DNA of 64,000 bases, from contig JADHWP010000001.1 of assembly GCA_016783425.1 (NCBI GenBank), forward strand, positions 7,272 to 71,271, given 5' to 3'. The translations under genes and the position numbers were made by a program. Below the pieces are notes generated by a model that saw only the letters and a list, made by a program, of their open reading frames with translations, was not told where the DNA came from and searched no databases. Shown here one piece after another: positions 39,645-48,363 of the stretch (positions are counted from its first letter, which is position 1; every line of letters begins with the position of its first letter). The DNA comes from Candidatus Shapirobacteria bacterium (GTDB lineage: Bacteria > Patescibacteriota > Microgenomatia > UBA12405 > BS750m-G30).

Positions 39645-40079
39645 CTATTTTTGTGACTCTAAAAATTCCTCTATTTTTTGGCAGTATTTAATAATATCAC
39701 CCAATTCGTATTTAATTGCCTGGTAGACTTTTTCTCTGGCTACTGATAGATATTCATGGACTAAAATATTTCTCATTCCGGCCATTTTAGCCAGTTTTTG
39801 AGCTAGTTTTTTATCAATCACTCCTAATTTGTAAAGAATGAGGAATAATTCCTTGTTTTCTCGTTTTGGTTTTTCCATTGCTGCTTGGCTGACAATGTGT
39901 GCGGCAATGTCCAGGCAGGCCTGGATAGCGACTTGCAAACGATATTCAGCGGCATCAGCAATATCAGCGCTGGCAAGAAAACTGGCCTCATTTGTTTTTG
40001 CGGCTGTTTCCTTTAACAGCTGAAGCCGCTTCCTGATTGCCGCAAGACGATCTCTAATACGCGAATGGTCGAGCATCAA
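39645..40079 (-). CDS. HEPN-domain toxin (HepT/DUF86-like)
   Basis: 144 aa; R-x4-HEY motif (RNILVHEY); overlaps the upstream MNT gene by 26 bp. Confidence 0.75.
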   Translation of the reverse strand: MMLDHSRIRDRLAAIRKRLQLLKETAAKTNEASFLASADIADAAEYRLQVAIQACLDIAAHIVSQAAMEKPKRENKELFLILYKLGVIDKKLAQKLAKMAGMRNILVHEYLSVAREKVYQAIKYELGDIIKYCQKIEEFLESQK

Positions 40080-40506
40080 TTACTCCTTTTCTAGCTAAAT
40101 TAGCGATTTGCAACTCATATTCCTGGTAAAAGTTTTTCAGGTCAAAATAATTACGAGAGATTTTAAGCTCAAAATCAACTCTTTGGTACGACTCTTTTCC
40201 CAAAAGGAGTTTTCCCTGGCTGATAACCCGAAAAGCAAAGGGCAGTGAAACAGCGTCCAGACTTTGAGTTTCGACTTTCTTTTTAAGCAGTTTAGAGAGT
40301 TGATTGGCTAGTTTGATTTGAGCGAATAAATTTTGATCTAATTTTGATTTTTTCTTATACAGAATTGCCAAATCCAGATCAGAATTTTTTTTGGCTTTAC
40401 CAACAGCAAACGAACCGTAAAGATAAACGGCGATTATTCCCTTTTGTTTTTTAAGAAAATTCTTGATTTGGTCAATTTGCATTTTAGTTAAATTCATTTG
40501 CTTCAT
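40054..40506 (-). CDS. Minimal nucleotidyltransferase antitoxin (MntA-like)
   Basis: 150 aa; YLYGSFAVGKAKKNSDLDLAIL (GS...DxD) motif. Confidence 0.75.
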   Translation of the reverse strand: MKQMNLTKMQIDQIKNFLKKQKGIIAVYLYGSFAVGKAKKNSDLDLAILYKKKSKLDQNLFAQIKLANQLSKLLKKKVETQSLDAVSLPFAFRVISQGKLLLGKESYQRVDFELKISRNYFDLKNFYQEYELQIANLARKGVIDARPFAY

Positions 40507-40525
40507 TCTAGCATATAGTTTGTCT

Positions 40526-40598
40526 ATTTGCCCTGTCAGGATTTTGCAAGAGAGGTGTCAAGAAAAATAAAAAGAGGTGGTTTACACTATAAGATAAG
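40526..40598 (+). promoter_or_regulatory. Copy 3 of the shared upstream element plus conserved 5' UTR
   Basis: Identical to copy 2 over about 66 bp. Confidence 0.6.
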
Positions 40599-41471
40599 AT
40601 GGCTAGAATAGAAGCAGAAGGCAAAGAAGTTAGGGGTCAAATAGAAGAGCTACTTAGACAAGGGAGAGAATGGTATCCGGTTTTTGGATTGGGCGGAGAG
40701 TTAGGAGAAGCCGTGGTTTTAAGTGGCAGGGGGGACTATTCTCCAATTGATGAGCTAGAAAATGTGACGGAAACTTGTTTAAGTTATGGTCTTTGGGCTG
40801 ATCTTGAAAAGGTAATTATCGGAAAATTGCTCTGCTTGACCAGTCTTGATAATAAAGAAGTTATTCAAGAAGCATTTGAATTAACAGCCAGTCTTTTTTA
40901 TCGGGGGGCTGGTGAAGAAACAGAAGGGAAAATTGAGAAACTTATGTCTTTGAGGGTGATCCTGGAAGATCAATGTGATAAAGAAAAGGTTCTTGATTTA
41001 GCTGGTCTTTTGTCTTCTTATCTTCCCGGAAGAGGGTTTTGGGCCGAGCCCAATTTACTTCAGGCTTACATTGGAAGGAAGCCCGCCTCTATAAATGTGA
41101 AAATAAAAGATGGCAGTCCGGTTAATTTAGAGGCCAGTTTTTGGGTAAAAATGGAAAAGGAAGCGGACAAAGTAAAACCTATTTACACGCTAAGCTACCC
41201 AATTAGCCTTTTTCCTGGTCTTTACACTCCTAGCGATTCAGGAGATTTGATATTATTGGATGAAAGCTTATGCTTGCGGTCTGCAAATGACACGGAGTTG
41301 GAGTTGTTAAGGTTGGCTCGGAATACAGAAGCTAGTTGGGAAGAAAGAGAAAAGCTAGAGTATGAGTATCGACTGCCGCTTCCTCAATTAATTACCAGGG
41401 CTTCAATTGAAAAAATGTTAACAACAGGAGAACCACCTTTTGGCTTAGTGGCTGATTTAATAGACAAATGA
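40599..41471 (+). CDS. Hypothetical protein (290 aa), downstream of shared element copy 3
   Basis: ORF; no recognisable domain. Confidence 0.6.
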   Translation: MARIEAEGKEVRGQIEELLRQGREWYPVFGLGGELGEAVVLSGRGDYSPIDELENVTETCLSYGLWADLEKVIIGKLLCLTSLDNKEVIQEAFELTASLFYRGAGEETEGKIEKLMSLRVILEDQCDKEKVLDLAGLLSSYLPGRGFWAEPNLLQAYIGRKPASINVKIKDGSPVNLEASFWVKMEKEADKVKPIYTLSYPISLFPGLYTPSDSGDLILLDESLCLRSANDTELELLRLARNTEASWEEREKLEYEYRLPLPQLITRASIEKMLTTGEPPFGLVADLIDK

Positions 41472-42526
41472 GGGAAGAAAGAGAAGAAAAGCAAATAGGA
41501 GTAATTGTTCCCGAGGAGTTGCGGGAGTCTATGGCCGGGAGGATTGAAGTGAGATTGGGGGAGTTGCGAGAAAAAGACTTGATTCCTTTAGATGGACAAT
41601 TTTTGAAAGAACTATGGCAAAGAACCCTGGATAGAGCCATGTTTTTTTTGGAAGATGGTGTGAGCGAGTATTTTAATGTGTCCCGGCACCCTCACGAAGA
41701 TGGCGGCTATTTTAAAGTAGAAGAAACCGGAAAATTTCGGAAGTTTATAGAGACTGTTACAGATGAAAACGAGCCCATTCCGCCTCAAGTGAAACCATTT
41801 GTGGATGGCCGTTTTAATTTCTGGCCGAGTGGTGTGCGAATAACAGTTTTCCCAAGCCACGATTTATCCCTTGAACTTTTAAAAGGCCATTATGTTTATA
41901 TTGGCGAAATAGGAAGCAAGCCGATTGCTCAATGTAGGGGCGATTATTTCGCAAGAGAAATTGGAATTACCGGCGGAGAAGCTCCAGTTAACCCTTTTGA
42001 ATTATTGGCTATTAATGATACCTGTCCGGCAAGTTTATTGGTTGCCAGAGTGGAACAATTATCAGGCCCTACTCAGATTTATTTTCTGGTTGAAGACGAG
42101 AGAGATAATAATAAGGTGTATAAAAGGAAAGCCGGGATTTATTTTCTTGGCCCAGACGGAAATTGGCACCTATACGGTTTAGCGGCAACGGTAACTGACT
42201 ATTATCCTCCCCCGGGACGGGCAAACGCTAGAGGAGATCATGGAAATGACTATTATAATACAGCCGCAATTGTTAGCGCCCACCAAGAAAGAAGCCCGCT
42301 GAATCCACCATTAAACGAAGGAAGCCTTGCTTTTGCCCGCTTTGAACAAATTGGTGGACGAGCAGATTGCACTGTTGAGGGGGATCAATTAGTAATTAAG
42401 CAATGGGCTCCTTGGGGGGGAGGTCGTAAAGAAAAAGTAAAAATCGTTCATAGTTTGCCGCTGGTTATTAAGGCAGATGATGTATTAAAATACTTCACCG
42501 CTTTAAAGCCCATAAATAGCATTTAA
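41468..42526 (+). CDS. Hypothetical protein (352 aa), co-operonic with the previous gene (4-bp overlap)
   Basis: ORF; no recognisable domain. Confidence 0.6.
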   Translation: MREEREEKQIGVIVPEELRESMAGRIEVRLGELREKDLIPLDGQFLKELWQRTLDRAMFFLEDGVSEYFNVSRHPHEDGGYFKVEETGKFRKFIETVTDENEPIPPQVKPFVDGRFNFWPSGVRITVFPSHDLSLELLKGHYVYIGEIGSKPIAQCRGDYFAREIGITGGEAPVNPFELLAINDTCPASLLVARVEQLSGPTQIYFLVEDERDNNKVYKRKAGIYFLGPDGNWHLYGLAATVTDYYPPPGRANARGDHGNDYYNTAAIVSAHQERSPLNPPLNEGSLAFARFEQIGGRADCTVEGDQLVIKQWAPWGGGRKEKVKIVHSLPLVIKADDVLKYFTALKPINSI

Positions 42527-42769
42527 TCGTAAAACTTCTTATTTCGTATAAATTATCAAAACATCTTCGGGGTGACGGGGCTAGGAGCTTATTACATTTT
42601 GCGACGTAAAAGTGGTGATTAGACTCCAAATTTAAGTTCTTTCCTATAGATCAGTGGTTTTTTACTCCTGATTAGTTTTGATACATTTATTGGTACTTGA
42701 CAGTTTTTCGGCAATGCCTTTAACTAAGAGACTCCTAAACTGCCCGCTGGAGATAATTTCACTTAACTA

Positions 42770-44644
42770 ATGAGCAAGAAAAAAATTGATCCGACTGATT
42801 TTATTGAAATTGGCCGGCTTAACGGTGGCGGCCGCAAGCTTATCGTGGATTTGGATGAAATTGGGGAAATTATTGTTTCCAAAGGGAGCAAGGACGATGC
42901 CAATAAAATCAATACCCCCGAGGGTACTTCTTTTTCCTTGTCCGAATATTTAAAAAAAGAGTACGCTTTACACAAGGTTTTTTCAAAAGATGTAGCCGAA
43001 GCTCATCGCAAGGGAGACATTAAACTGCAAAAACTCCAGTTTATTGACCGACCCTATTGTTCCGGTCAGGGGTTGGAGTATATTAAAAAATTTGGCTTAA
43101 CTAAGTACGCTTCTTTTGCGGCGGTCAAGCCGGCCGGCCACATTGACGCTTTAATTGACCACATGATGCGCATGACCATGGCCTTAAGGGCCCATTTTGG
43201 CGGGGCGGTTGGCTGGGATGCGCTTAATATGTATATGGCCCCTTATCTTGGCGGCATGGGGGATCGGGAGATAAGACAAATTGCCCAAAGAATTATTTAC
43301 CAGTTCAACCAAACCGTTGGCCCGCACGGCGGCCAGCCGGTTTTTTCGGATATTAATCTTTATTGGGAGATTCCCGATCATTTTGCCAGGGTGCCGGCGA
43401 TTGGGCCAAGGGGGGAGTTTACCGGCCGAATGTACAAAGATTATGAAAAAGAAGCCCAGGCTTTAGTTTGGCAGCTTTTGAATATTTATAAAAGAGGAGA
43501 CGCTAAAGGCAAGCCTTTTTTCTGGCCCAAACCCAATGTTCATATCACTACCAGGTTTTGGCAAACTCCGGGACACGAGGAATTCTTAGAGCATGTTTGC
43601 GGCGTGGCCGCTAAAATGGGCAATCCCTATTTTATTTTTGACCGCGGTTCAGTGGCTAAAATTTCCGAATGCTGCCGCTTGCAGTTTGAGCTGTCGAAAG
43701 ACGATTTAAAAGAAGCCAAAGAGCCCTGGAAAATGCGCTACGCCGCTTGTCCTTATCTACCCGTAAACTTGCCCCGGGTAGCTTACGAGGCTAATCATGA
43801 TGAAAAAAAGTTTTTCCAAATTTTAGGCGCGCGCCTGGAGCTTTTGACCAAGGCTCATCTTCAAAAAAGCCGATTTTTAAAAAAGCTTTTGGAAATGGGG
43901 CCAACCGGGCCCTTGGGCATGCTGACCTTAACAAGCAACGGGGACAAAGAGCCGTATTTACGATTTGACAAAATGCCCTATATGAATGCGGTTGGCGGGC
44001 TTTCCGATGCGGTTAAGTTTCATCTTGGCAAGGCCCTGCATGAATCAGACGAGGCCTTGAAATTCGGTTTAAGAGTAACTGCTTTTATGAAGAAGAAAAC
44101 AGAAGAAGAAGGTAAAAAGGCGGGTTTAAAAATTCTTCTTGACCAGTCTCCGGCGGAATCAACCATGTATCGGTTTGCCAAAATGGATTTGGCCCAGTTT
44201 CCCAAACAAGCCAGGCAAATTGTTCATGGTGATCTTAAAAGCGGGCAAGTGTATTACACTAACTCTTCTCAAATTGATGTGGATGCATCTTTGGATGTTT
44301 TTGAACGGATTGAACTGGAGGGCCGATTTCATCCTTTAATGCAAGGCGGGGCCTTAACCCATATTTGGCTGGGCGAAAACTTGCCTTCGGCTAAATCTTT
44401 GGCCAGTTTAGTTAAAAAAGTCTTTTTTAAAACCCAGAATACTCAAGTCGCTTTTTCTCCGGAATTTACTTTGTGTTCTGATTGCGAGCAGACCAGCCGG
44501 GGCAAAAGAGAGAGTTGTCCTTTTTGCGGTAGCAAAAAAGTGGACTGGGTCACCCGGATTACCGGCTATTATACTTTTGTGAAGCAGTGGAATAAGGGTA
44601 AACTAGGGGAGTTAAAGGATCGGAAGAAAAACAGGATTAAATAA
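42770..44644 (+). CDS. nrdD: Anaerobic ribonucleoside-triphosphate reductase (class III), paralog 1, no ATP-cone
   Basis: 624 aa; active-site ISECCRL, C-terminal Zn-ribbon CSDCEQ...CPFCG and glycyl-radical motif RITGYY. Confidence 0.85.
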   Translation: MSKKKIDPTDFIEIGRLNGGGRKLIVDLDEIGEIIVSKGSKDDANKINTPEGTSFSLSEYLKKEYALHKVFSKDVAEAHRKGDIKLQKLQFIDRPYCSGQGLEYIKKFGLTKYASFAAVKPAGHIDALIDHMMRMTMALRAHFGGAVGWDALNMYMAPYLGGMGDREIRQIAQRIIYQFNQTVGPHGGQPVFSDINLYWEIPDHFARVPAIGPRGEFTGRMYKDYEKEAQALVWQLLNIYKRGDAKGKPFFWPKPNVHITTRFWQTPGHEEFLEHVCGVAAKMGNPYFIFDRGSVAKISECCRLQFELSKDDLKEAKEPWKMRYAACPYLPVNLPRVAYEANHDEKKFFQILGARLELLTKAHLQKSRFLKKLLEMGPTGPLGMLTLTSNGDKEPYLRFDKMPYMNAVGGLSDAVKFHLGKALHESDEALKFGLRVTAFMKKKTEEEGKKAGLKILLDQSPAESTMYRFAKMDLAQFPKQARQIVHGDLKSGQVYYTNSSQIDVDASLDVFERIELEGRFHPLMQGGALTHIWLGENLPSAKSLASLVKKVFFKTQNTQVAFSPEFTLCSDCEQTSRGKRESCPFCGSKKVDWVTRITGYYTFVKQWNKGKLGELKDRKKNRIK

Positions 44645-46809
44645 TGCCCAGCGAAATCAGCAAATACAATAATGGCAATGGCAATGGTAATGGCTTAACG
44701 ACCAAGCAGGCCAAATACCTAGAGGGCGCCAAAAAACATGGGGCAACGGATACAATGTTCTTTGTTTCTACTTCAGACGAGGCTTTAAAAGAGTGGGATG
44801 TAACCCAAATTGCCAAGCGCTTGATTATTGAAACGGGTATGGGAGAAAAGTTGGCAATGAGGATTGCCAAGGTGGTAGAGGAGAAGATTTTGGCGGCCAA
44901 GCTAAAACATGTTTCTACTAACCTTATTCGGGAATTAACCAATGCCGAGCTTCTTTTCCGGGGATTGGAAAAATATTATGACAAGCATGTGCGCTTAGGA
45001 GTGCCCATTTATGATGTTCACCAGATGCTCACCGAACAAAACAGAATTAATGCCAATGTGCCTCATAATACCGAAGCCACTAATTTGGCTTTAGCCCGGA
45101 ATATTAAAAAAGAGTATGCCTTGCGCCGGGTTTTTTCTAAAGACGTCGCTCAAGCTCATGCCAAGGGTGATCTTCACCTTCACGATTTGGATTTTGTGGA
45201 TCGGCCCTATTGTTGTGGGCAGTCAATTGAGTATGTAAAGAAATATGGCCTGGATATTGCCTCCAGTTTGGCGGTAGCCAAGCCAGCCAAATATGCCACT
45301 ACTTTGGTATTGCAGATAATTAAATTGGCTTCGATGCTCCAGGTTCATTTTGCGGGGGCGATTGGCTTTGATGCCGTTAATCTTTTTCTGGCTCCTTATT
45401 TAACTGGTTTTGGCAAAAAAGAATTAAAGCAATTGGCTCAAACTCTTCTTTTTGAATTTAATATGCAAAATATAGCCCGGGGCGGACAGGCGATTTTTTC
45501 GGACATTAATCTTTATTGGGAAGTGCCTGATCATTTTGCCGATACCCCGGCAATTGGGCCGGGGGGTAAATATACGGGTAAAAAATATCAGGATTATCAA
45601 AAAGAATCGCAAGAATTTGTTAAAGCCATTTTTGAGGTGTATTTAGAGGGAGACGGAGCGGGACGGCCTTTTTTCTGGCCTAAGCCTAATTTACATATCA
45701 CCGAGAAATTTTGGCAAACTCCGGGTCATCAAGGGTTTTTGCATCTGGCTTCTAAAGTAGCGGCCATTCGGGGCAATACTTATTTTGTTTTAGACCGGGG
45801 AGGCACAGCCCGAATCTCCGAATGCTGCCGACTGGCCTTTAATCTTAAAAAATCCGACCTTGAAGATGCTAAAAAGCCCTGGAAAATGCGTTACAGCGCG
45901 ATGCAGAATGTTTCTTTGAATTTGCCCCGTATGGCTTACAAAGCCAAGGGAAGGACTGATAAGTTATTTGAGGAAATTGAGCGGGGGATGGAGCTGTTGG
46001 CCAAGGCTCACCAACAAAAGAGGCGGTTTATCAAAAGACTTTTAGATATGGGCCTGCAAGGGCCCTTGGCCGCGCTGACTACCCGCCAGCTGGATGATAA
46101 TGAATCTTACTACCGCTTTGATAAGGCCAAGTTTTTAGTTGGTGTTTTTGGGGTTAACGAAACGGTTGAGTATTGCCTGGGAAAGCAGATGCACGAAAGC
46201 GATCAAGCGCTTAAACTGGGCCTAAAGATTGTTTCCCAAATGAAGAAAAAAGCGGAAATTTTAAGTAAGCGGGATAAAATGGAGTATGTTTTGGAGCAAA
46301 CTCCAGCGGAAGGGTTAACTTACCGTTTTGCTAAATTAGATAAGCGCTTTTATCCCAAAGAGGCCAAAAAAGTGATTAAGGGTAATTGGGAGGAAGATTA
46401 TATTTACTACACCAATTCCACCCAGCTTAATGTGTCCGAACCTATTGACCCTATTGAAAGAGTAACTAAAGAAGGTCTTTTTCATCCTCTAATTGACGCT
46501 GGAGCAATCAGCCATATTTGGCTCGGGGAGCAAAATCCGGATCCAAAGGCGATTGCCAGTTTTGTGAAAAAAACCTTTGATCACACCCAAAACGGCTTAA
46601 TTGCTTTTTCCCCCGAGTTTACGATTTGTGATTCTTGTATGGCAACCAGCCGGGGACTAAAAGATAACTGCCCCAAATGCGGTTCTGAAGAGGTAGACGG
46701 AGTTACTCGAGTGACTGGTTTTTATTCTCGCGTTAGCCGTTGGAATAAAGGAAAAATAGGCGAGCTAAAAGATCGGTATCGAAACGCGGGAAAGTTTCGT
46801 GATTCGTAA
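44644..46809 (+). CDS. nrdD: Anaerobic ribonucleoside-triphosphate reductase (class III), paralog 2, with N-terminal ATP-cone-like domain and NGNGNGNG repeat
   Basis: 721 aa; same motifs (ISECCRL; CDSCM...CPKCG; RVTGFY) plus an about 100-aa N-terminal ATP-cone-like region; tandem aatggc repeats at 44680-44703. Confidence 0.85.
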   Translation: MPSEISKYNNGNGNGNGLTTKQAKYLEGAKKHGATDTMFFVSTSDEALKEWDVTQIAKRLIIETGMGEKLAMRIAKVVEEKILAAKLKHVSTNLIRELTNAELLFRGLEKYYDKHVRLGVPIYDVHQMLTEQNRINANVPHNTEATNLALARNIKKEYALRRVFSKDVAQAHAKGDLHLHDLDFVDRPYCCGQSIEYVKKYGLDIASSLAVAKPAKYATTLVLQIIKLASMLQVHFAGAIGFDAVNLFLAPYLTGFGKKELKQLAQTLLFEFNMQNIARGGQAIFSDINLYWEVPDHFADTPAIGPGGKYTGKKYQDYQKESQEFVKAIFEVYLEGDGAGRPFFWPKPNLHITEKFWQTPGHQGFLHLASKVAAIRGNTYFVLDRGGTARISECCRLAFNLKKSDLEDAKKPWKMRYSAMQNVSLNLPRMAYKAKGRTDKLFEEIERGMELLAKAHQQKRRFIKRLLDMGLQGPLAALTTRQLDDNESYYRFDKAKFLVGVFGVNETVEYCLGKQMHESDQALKLGLKIVSQMKKKAEILSKRDKMEYVLEQTPAEGLTYRFAKLDKRFYPKEAKKVIKGNWEEDYIYYTNSTQLNVSEPIDPIERVTKEGLFHPLIDAGAISHIWLGEQNPDPKAIASFVKKTFDHTQNGLIAFSPEFTICDSCMATSRGLKDNCPKCGSEEVDGVTRVTGFYSRVSRWNKGKIGELKDRYRNAGKFRDS

Positions 46810-46848
46810 TTCGTTATTGGTTAATCGTAATTCGTTATTGGTTAATTG
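46803..46848 (+). repeat. Tandem direct repeat (cgtaattcgttattggttaat x2) at the 5' border of the four-helix-bundle gene
   Basis: Two exact 21-bp units; related inverted units at 47245-47300 and inside nrdG at about 48185-48215. Confidence 0.7.
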
Positions 46849-46858
46849 TGATTTATTG

Positions 46859-47236
46859 ATGAGAGACAAAATTAATAATTTTAGCGATTTAGATGCTTGG
46901 AAAATAAATCACAGGCTAGTTTTGGATGTTTACAAAACTACTAAAGATTTTCCAAAAGATGAGCGCTATGGCATTATTAATCAGTTAAGACGGGCGGCAA
47001 GTTCGATTACAGCCAATGTTGCCGAAGGTTGGGGGAGGTATCATTACGCTGATCGAATAAGGTTTTATTATAATGCTCGCGGATCTAGTTGTGAGGTTCA
47101 AAATTTCCTTGTTTTAAGTAGAGACTTGGGGTATTTAAGTTCAATAGATTATCAAAAATTGTACCTGCTGGCGACAAAAGGTCTTAAGATTATTAATGGT
47201 TTAATTCGATCTGTGGAAAAACTTAAAATTAAATAA
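46859..47236 (+). CDS. Four-helix-bundle protein (23S rRNA IVS-protein-like family)
   Basis: Start at MRDKINNF; ...RRAASSITANVAEGWGRY...ARGSSCEVQ signature of the family. Confidence 0.7.
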   Translation: MRDKINNFSDLDAWKINHRLVLDVYKTTKDFPKDERYGIINQLRRAASSITANVAEGWGRYHYADRIRFYYNARGSSCEVQNFLVLSRDLGYLSSIDYQKLYLLATKGLKIINGLIRSVEKLKIK

Positions 47237-47244
47237 ATTGCGGT

Positions 47245-47300
47245 TAATGTTTGACGAGTAGCGTTTAGCGAATAACGTTTAACGATTAGCGAATAACGGA
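47245..47300 (+). repeat. Repeat cluster (tagcgaataacg x2) at the 3' border of the four-helix-bundle gene, inverted relative to the 5' repeats
   Basis: Shares cgttattcg-type units with 46803-46848. Confidence 0.6.
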
Positions 47301-47308
47301 ATAAGAAA

Positions 47309-47596
47309 ATGACTCTAAAACTGTTTACTAAAAAAAATTGTCCCAAATGCCCTGCGGCTAAGGCGCTCATTTGCGAGCTTAAAGCTCAAAAGTTAAAACT
47401 CAATCCGCCAGCTGGCGGAGAAAAATTAAAAGTTGAAAATTACAATGTTGAAGACATTGACGGTATGGCCGAGGCCGCTTTTTATCAGGTAATGGCTACT
47501 CCTACTATTTTAATCTGTGATGATAGGGGTAAGGAGTTGAGAGGTTGGCGGGGGGAAGTTCCATCCCGGAAAGAAATTTTAGCCAAAGTCAAGTGA
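47309..47596 (+). CDS. nrdH: NrdH-like glutaredoxin (CPKC redox motif) with in-frame [10 protein letters not shown] insertion
   Basis: 95 aa; thioredoxin fold with CxxC; 23-bp insert at 47402-47424 identical to that in rplL. Confidence 0.7.
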   Translation: MTLKLFTKKNCPKCPAAKALICELKAQKLKLNPPAGGEKLKVENYNVEDIDGMAEAAFYQVMATPTILICDDRGKELRGWRGEVPSRKEILAKVK

Positions 47597-48357
47597 AAAT
47601 TGGCGGGTACCTTCCCACTTCTTTAATCGAATGGCCGGGCAAACTTTCGGCCATTATTTGGACAATAGGGTGTAATTTCCGCTGTCCTTTTTGCCATAAT
47701 AAAGACCTAGTTAAAATTTCAAAACTCAAAAACCAATTTCCAGACAAATATCAAGTTTTAAATTCCAAATTACAAGTGTTTAAACAAAAAGAGATCTTAA
47801 CAGATTTAAAAAAAAGGAAAGATTGGATTGATGGACTAGTAATTTCCGGTGGCGAGCCAACCATTCAGTCCAATTTAGTTGATTTTTGCGTCCGGGTTAA
47901 AAAAATTGGCTTAGAAATTATGCTGGAAACCAATGGCAGTCAGCCAGAGATGATCAAAAAGCTGATCAAAAATAACCTGGTTGATTTTTGGGCGATGGAT
48001 TTTAAGACAGTTTGGGAAAACTATTTTCAAGTAACTGGTTTTAAAAAAATAGCCGAGATTAAAAAGTCAATTAATTTAATTCTAGCTTTCGGTAAGCCCC
48101 TGGAATTGCGAACGACAATTGTTCCCGGGATTCATGACGAAAAAATACTGCTGGCCATGGCCAGGGAGCTAAGGGAGTCATTTAAATCACGATTAACGAA
48201 TAACGATTTGCGATTTGCGAAGCCAAAATGGAAATGGCAAAACTTCCAGCCCAAAAACACCCTTGATCCGGCCTTTGAAAAAATCAAACCGTATTCAGAA
48301 GGGCAGATAAAAAAACTAAAGAATTTAGTTTTTGATATTTTTCCTGTGGTAGAATAA
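47592..48357 (+). CDS. nrdG: Anaerobic ribonucleotide reductase activating protein (radical SAM)
   Basis: Likely GTG start at 47592 (VKIGGYLPTSLIEWPG); CNFRCPFCHN radical-SAM cluster motif. Confidence 0.8.
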
Positions 48358-48363
48358 ACTTCA

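Noticed and set aside
36551-40598. Integron-like cassette array (repeated 65-bp elements as attC sites)
   Set aside because: The repeats lie at the 5' ends of genes and contain promoter and SD elements. No intI-like integrase gene is present. A TA pair is in opposite orientation. Shared promoter-operator is the simpler reading.
42527-42769. Possible cobalamin riboswitch or NrdR box upstream of nrdD
   Set aside because: No recognisable B12-box or NrdR-box consensus could be identified by eye.
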